DNA from: Eledone cirrhosa
Taxonomy: Eukaryota
Assembly: GCA_964016885.1 (NCBI GenBank)
Contig: OZ024741.1
Span: 398,040,001-398,104,000 of the forward strand
Direction: 5' to 3'
DNA: 64,000 bases
In this document: piece after piece, positions 60,001 through 64,000 of the stretch
How positions within the stretch are numbered: the first letter of the stretch is position 1
Layout: each line of letters starts with the position of its first letter
Translations under genes and position numbers: made by a program
The notes under the pieces: model-generated
Databases searched by the model: none
What the model was told of the DNA's origin: nothing
The model's input: only the letters and a program-made list of their open reading frames with translations

Positions 60001-63000
60001 AGTTACTTCCCCTGTCACTTCTACTCTCCTCTCACAACCTATTACATTACAGTTACTTCCCCTGTCACTTCTACTCTCCTCTCACAACCTATTACATTAC
60101 AGTTACTTCCCCTGTCACTTCTACTCTCCTCTCACAACCTATTACATTACAGTTACTTCCCCTGTCACTTCTACTCTCCTCTCACAACCTATTACATTAC
60201 AGTTACTTACCCTGTCACTTCTACTCTCCTTTCACAACCTATTACTTTACAGTTACTTCCCCTGTCACTTCTACTCTCCTCTCACAACCTATTACATTAC
60301 AGTTACTTCCCCTGTCACTTCTACTCTCCTCTCACAACCTATTACATTACAGTTACTTCCCCTGTCACAACCTATTACATTACAGTTACTTCCCCTGTCA
60401 CTTCTACTCTCCTCTCACAACCTATTACTTTACAGTTACTTACCCTGTCACAACCTATTACATTACAGTTACTTCCCCTGTCACTTCTACTCTCCTCTCA
60501 CAACCTATTACTTTACAGTTACTTACCCTGTCACAACCTATTACATTACAGTTACTTACCCTGTCACAACCTATTACATTACAGTTACTTACCCTGTCAC
60601 TTCTACTCTCCTCTCACAACATATTACTTTACAGTTACTTACCCTGTCACAACCTATTACTTTACAGTTACTTCCCCTGTCACTTCTACTCTCCTCTCAC
60701 AACCTATTACATTACAGTTACTTACCCTGTCACAACCTATTACATTACAGTTACTTACCCTGTCACTTCTACTCTCCTCTCACAACCTATTACTTTACAG
60801 TTACTTACCCTGTCACTTCTACTCTCCTCTCACAACCTATTACTTTACAGTTACTTCCCCTGTCACTTCTACTCTCCTCTCACAACCTATTACATTACAG
60901 TTACTTCCCCTGTCACTTCTACTCTCCTCTCACAACCTATTACATTACAGTTACTTCCCCTGTCAATTCTACTCTCCTCTCACAACCTATTACTTTACAG
61001 TTACTTCCCCTGTCACTTCTACTCTCCTCTCACAACCTATTACATTACTGTTACTTCCCCTGTCACTTCTACTCTCCTCTCACAACCTATTACTTTACAG
61101 TTACTTCCCCTGTCACTTCTACTCTCCTCTCACAACCTATTACTTTACAGTTACTTCCCCTGTCACTTCTACTCTCCTCTCACAACCTATTACTTTACAG
61201 TTACTTACCCTGTCACTTCTACTCTCCTCTCACAACCTATTACTTTACAGTTACTTACCCTCTCACAACCTATTACTTTACAGTTACTTCCCCTGTCACT
61301 TCTACTCTCCTCTCACAACCTATTACTTTACAGTTACTTACCCTGTCACTTCTACTCTCCTCTCACAACCTAATACATTACAGTTACTTCCCCTGTCACT
61401 TCTACTCTCCTCTCACAACCTATTACATTACAGTTACTTCCCCTGTCACAACCTATTACTTTACAGTTACTTCCCCTGTCACTTCTACTCTCCTCTCACA
61501 ACCTAATACATTACAGTTACTTACCCTGTCACTTCTACTCTCCTCTCACAACCTAATACATTACAGTTACTTACCCTGTCACTTCTACTCTCCTCTCACA
61601 ACCCAATACATTACAGTTACTTACCCTGTCACTTCTACTCTCCTCTCACAACCTATTACTTTACAGTTACTTACCCTGTCACTTCTACTCTCCTCTCACA
61701 ACCTATTACTTTACAGTTACTTACCCTGTCACTTCTACTCTCCTCTCACAACCTATTACTTTACAGTTACTTCCCCTGTCACTTCTACTCTCCTCTCACA
61801 ACCTATTACATTACAGTTACTTCCCCTGTCACTTCTACTCTCCTCTCACAACCTATTACTTTACAGTTACTTCCCCTGTCACAACCTATTACATTACAGT
61901 TACTTCCCCTGTCACTTCTACTCTCCTGTCACAACCTATTACATTACAGTTACTTACCCTGTCACTTCTACTCTCCTCTCACAACCTATTACTTTACAGT
62001 TACTTACCCTGTCACTACCTATTACATTACAGTTACTTACCCTGTCACTTCTACTCCCCTCTCACAACCTATTACTTTACAGTTACTTCCCCTGTCACAA
62101 CCTATTACATTACAGTTACTTCCCCTGTCACTTCTACTCTCCTCTCACAACCTATTACTTTACAGTTACTTCCCCTGTCACAACCTATTACATTACAGTT
62201 ACTTACCCTGTAACTTCTACTCTCCTCTCACAACCTATTACTTTACAGTTACTTCCCCTCTCACAACCTATTACATTACAGTTACTTCCCCTGTCACTTC
62301 TACTCTCCTCTCACAACCTAATACATTACAGTTACTTACCCTGTCACAACCTATTACATTACAGTTACTTCCCCTGTCACAACCTATTACTTTACAGTTA
62401 CTTCCCCTGTCACTTCTACTCTCCTCACACAACCTATTACTTTACAGTTACTTCCCCTGTCACTTCTACTCTCCTCTCACAACCTATTACTTTACAGTTA
62501 CTTCCCCTGTCACTTCTACTCTCCTCTCACAACCTATTACTTTACAGTTACTTCCCCTGTCACTTTACTCTCCTCTCACAACCTATTACATTACAGTTAC
62601 TTACCCTGTCAAAACCTATTACATTACAGTTACTTCCCCTGTCACTTCTACTCTCCTCTCACAACCTATTACATTACAGTTACGTACCCTGTCACAACCT
62701 ATTACATTACAGTTACTTCCCCTGTCACTTCTACTCTCCTCTCACAACCTATTACTTTACAGTTACTTCCCCTGTCACTTCTACTCTCCTCTCACAACCT
62801 ATTACTTTACAGTTACTTACCCTGTCACAACCTATTACATTACAGTTACTTCCCATGTCACTTCTACTCTCCTCTCACAACCTATTACATTACAGTTACT
62901 TCCCCTGTCACTTCTACTCTCCTCTCACAACCTATTACATTACAGTTACTTCCCCTGTCACTTCTACTCTCCTCTCACAACCTATTACTTTACAGTTACT

Positions 63001-64000
63001 TACCCTGTCACAACCTATTACATTACAGTTACTTCCCCTGTCACTTCTACTCTCCTCTCACAACCTATTACATTACAGTTACTTCCCCTGTCACTTCTAC
63101 TCTCCTCTCACAACCTATTACATTACAGTTACTTCCCCTGTCACTTCTACTCTCCTCTCACAACCTATTACATTACAGTTACTTCCCCTGTCACTTCTAC
63201 TCTCCTCTCACAACCTATTACTTTACAGTTACTTACCCTGTCACAACCTATTACATTACAGTTACTTCCCCTGTCACTTCTACTCTCCTCTCACAACCTA
63301 ATACATTACAGTTACTTACCCTGTCACTTCTACTCTCCTCTCACAACCTATTACTTTACAGTTACTTCCCCTGTCACTTCTACTCTCCTCTCACAACCTA
63401 TTACATTACAGTTACTTCCCCTGTCACTTCTACTCTCCTCTCACAACCTATTACATTACAGTTACTTCCCCTGTCACTTCTACTCTCCTCTCACAACCTA
63501 TTACATTACAGTTACTTCCCCTGTCACTTCTACTCTCCTCTCACAACCTATTACTTTACAGTTACTTACCCTGTCACAACCTATTACATTACAGTTACTT
63601 CCCCTGTCACTTCTACTCTCCTCTCACAACCTAATACATTACAGTTACTTACCCTGTCACTTCTACTCTCCTCTCACAACCTATTACTTTACAGTTACTT
63701 ACCCTGTCACTTCTACTCTCCTCTCACAACCTATTACATTACAGTTACTTCCCCTGTCACTTCTACTCTCCTCTCACAACCTATTACTTTACAGTTACTT
63801 CCCCTGTCACAACCTATTACATTACAGTTACTTCCCCTGTCACTTCTACTCTCCTGTCACAACCTATTACATTACAGTTACTTACCCTGTCACTTCTACT
63901 CTCCTCTCACAACCTATTACTTTACAGTTACTTACCCTGTCACAACCTATTACATTACAGTTACTTACCCTGTCACTTCTACTCTCCTCTCACAACCTAT
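50050..64000. repeat. Right flanking domain lacking the ACAGCC variant
   Basis: The last ACAGCC I could find has its G at 50002. CCTAATAC and TACCCTCTCAC variants and A-allele units followed by the 17-bp module are common afterwards. Confidence 0.75.
56400..64000. repeat. Duplicated ~2.5-kb block (about 56.4-58.9 kb copied at about 61.5-64.0 kb, offset 5118)
   Basis: CAACCCAATA (56486/61604), CTCCCCT (~56937/62055), TGTAACT (~57091/62209), TTACGTACC (~57562/62680), CCCATG (57737/62855). Confidence 0.9.

Larger units (their letters stand above)
1..64000. repeat. Tandem satellite/minisatellite array of interspersed 33-bp and 50-bp (33+17) monomers, running off both window edges
   Basis: Every line parses into TCACAACCTATTAC(A/T)TTACAGTTACTT(C/A)CCCTG with or without a following TCACTTCTACTCTCCTC. 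All units have the same orientation, and only sparse substitutions and rare 1-2 bp indels occur. Confidence 0.99.

Noticed and set aside
7315-63301. All ORFs in the supplied track (up to 1444 aa; LLSQPITLQLL / HNLLHYSYFPC / TTYYITVTSPV repeats)
   Set aside because: The consensus has no + strand stop in any frame and no ATG. Starts (ATG/TTG) and stops are sporadic point variants, ORFs overlap in different frames with the same peptides, and the 50-bp unit rotates the frame. There is no sign of codon-level constraint.
1-64000. CRISPR array (33-bp repeat plus short spacer)
   Set aside because: The intervening 17 bp is invariant or absent rather than a set of unique spacers. There is no leader and no cas gene, and the repeat is not palindromic.
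1-64000. Canonical telomerase-type telomeric repeat
   Set aside because: There is no tandem TTAGGG/TTAGG/TTTAGGG-type unit. TTACCC occurs once per monomer at most, and inherited SNPs in kb-scale duplications indicate recombinational amplification rather than templated addition.
1-64000. G-quadruplex/i-motif array from the GGG(G) runs on the minus strand
   Set aside because: There is only one G3-4 run per 33-50 bp, so loops of about 30-46 nt are far longer than in canonical G4 motifs.
1-64000. Embedded transposon, inversion, tRNA/rRNA or unique island
   Set aside because: No non-repeat stretch or reverse-orientation monomer was seen anywhere in the window.
1-64000. Binary variant pattern as encoded information or a synthetic construct
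   Set aside because: The pattern is explained by nested duplications with shared private mutations, as expected for natural tandem-repeat turnover.

Overview
The whole 64 kb window is one uninterrupted head-to-tail tandem repeat array (satellite/minisatellite DNA, most plausibly eukaryotic), with no unique sequence, gene, RNA gene, transposon or CRISPR array. It is built from two modules: a 33-bp core TCACA(A/G)CCTATTAC(A/T)TTACAGTTACTT(C/A)CCCTG and an optional 17-bp module TCACTTCTACTCTCCTC. These give interspersed 33-bp and 50-bp monomers, roughly 1,400-1,500 units by estimate. The array is strongly strand-asymmetric (2 G versus about 19 C per 50-mer on +). All supplied ORFs appear to be artefacts: the + strand consensus has no TAA/TAG/TGA in any frame, and the ORF starts and stops are point variants. 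The real structure lies in the variant pattern. A central domain (about 6.7-42 kb) is marked by an A>G variant and a 116/166-bp higher-order unit, and it is flanked on both sides by related G-free sequence. Nested kb-scale duplications occur throughout (periods of about 0.45, 1.56, 1.85, 2.4, 2.9, 3-4.3, 5.1 and 6.1-6.9 kb). I cannot support a new protein-coding system here, and the functional ideas (centromeric/terminal satellite, TALE-homeodomain site array, splice-signal mimicry) are hypotheses only. Coordinates and counts were read by eye.
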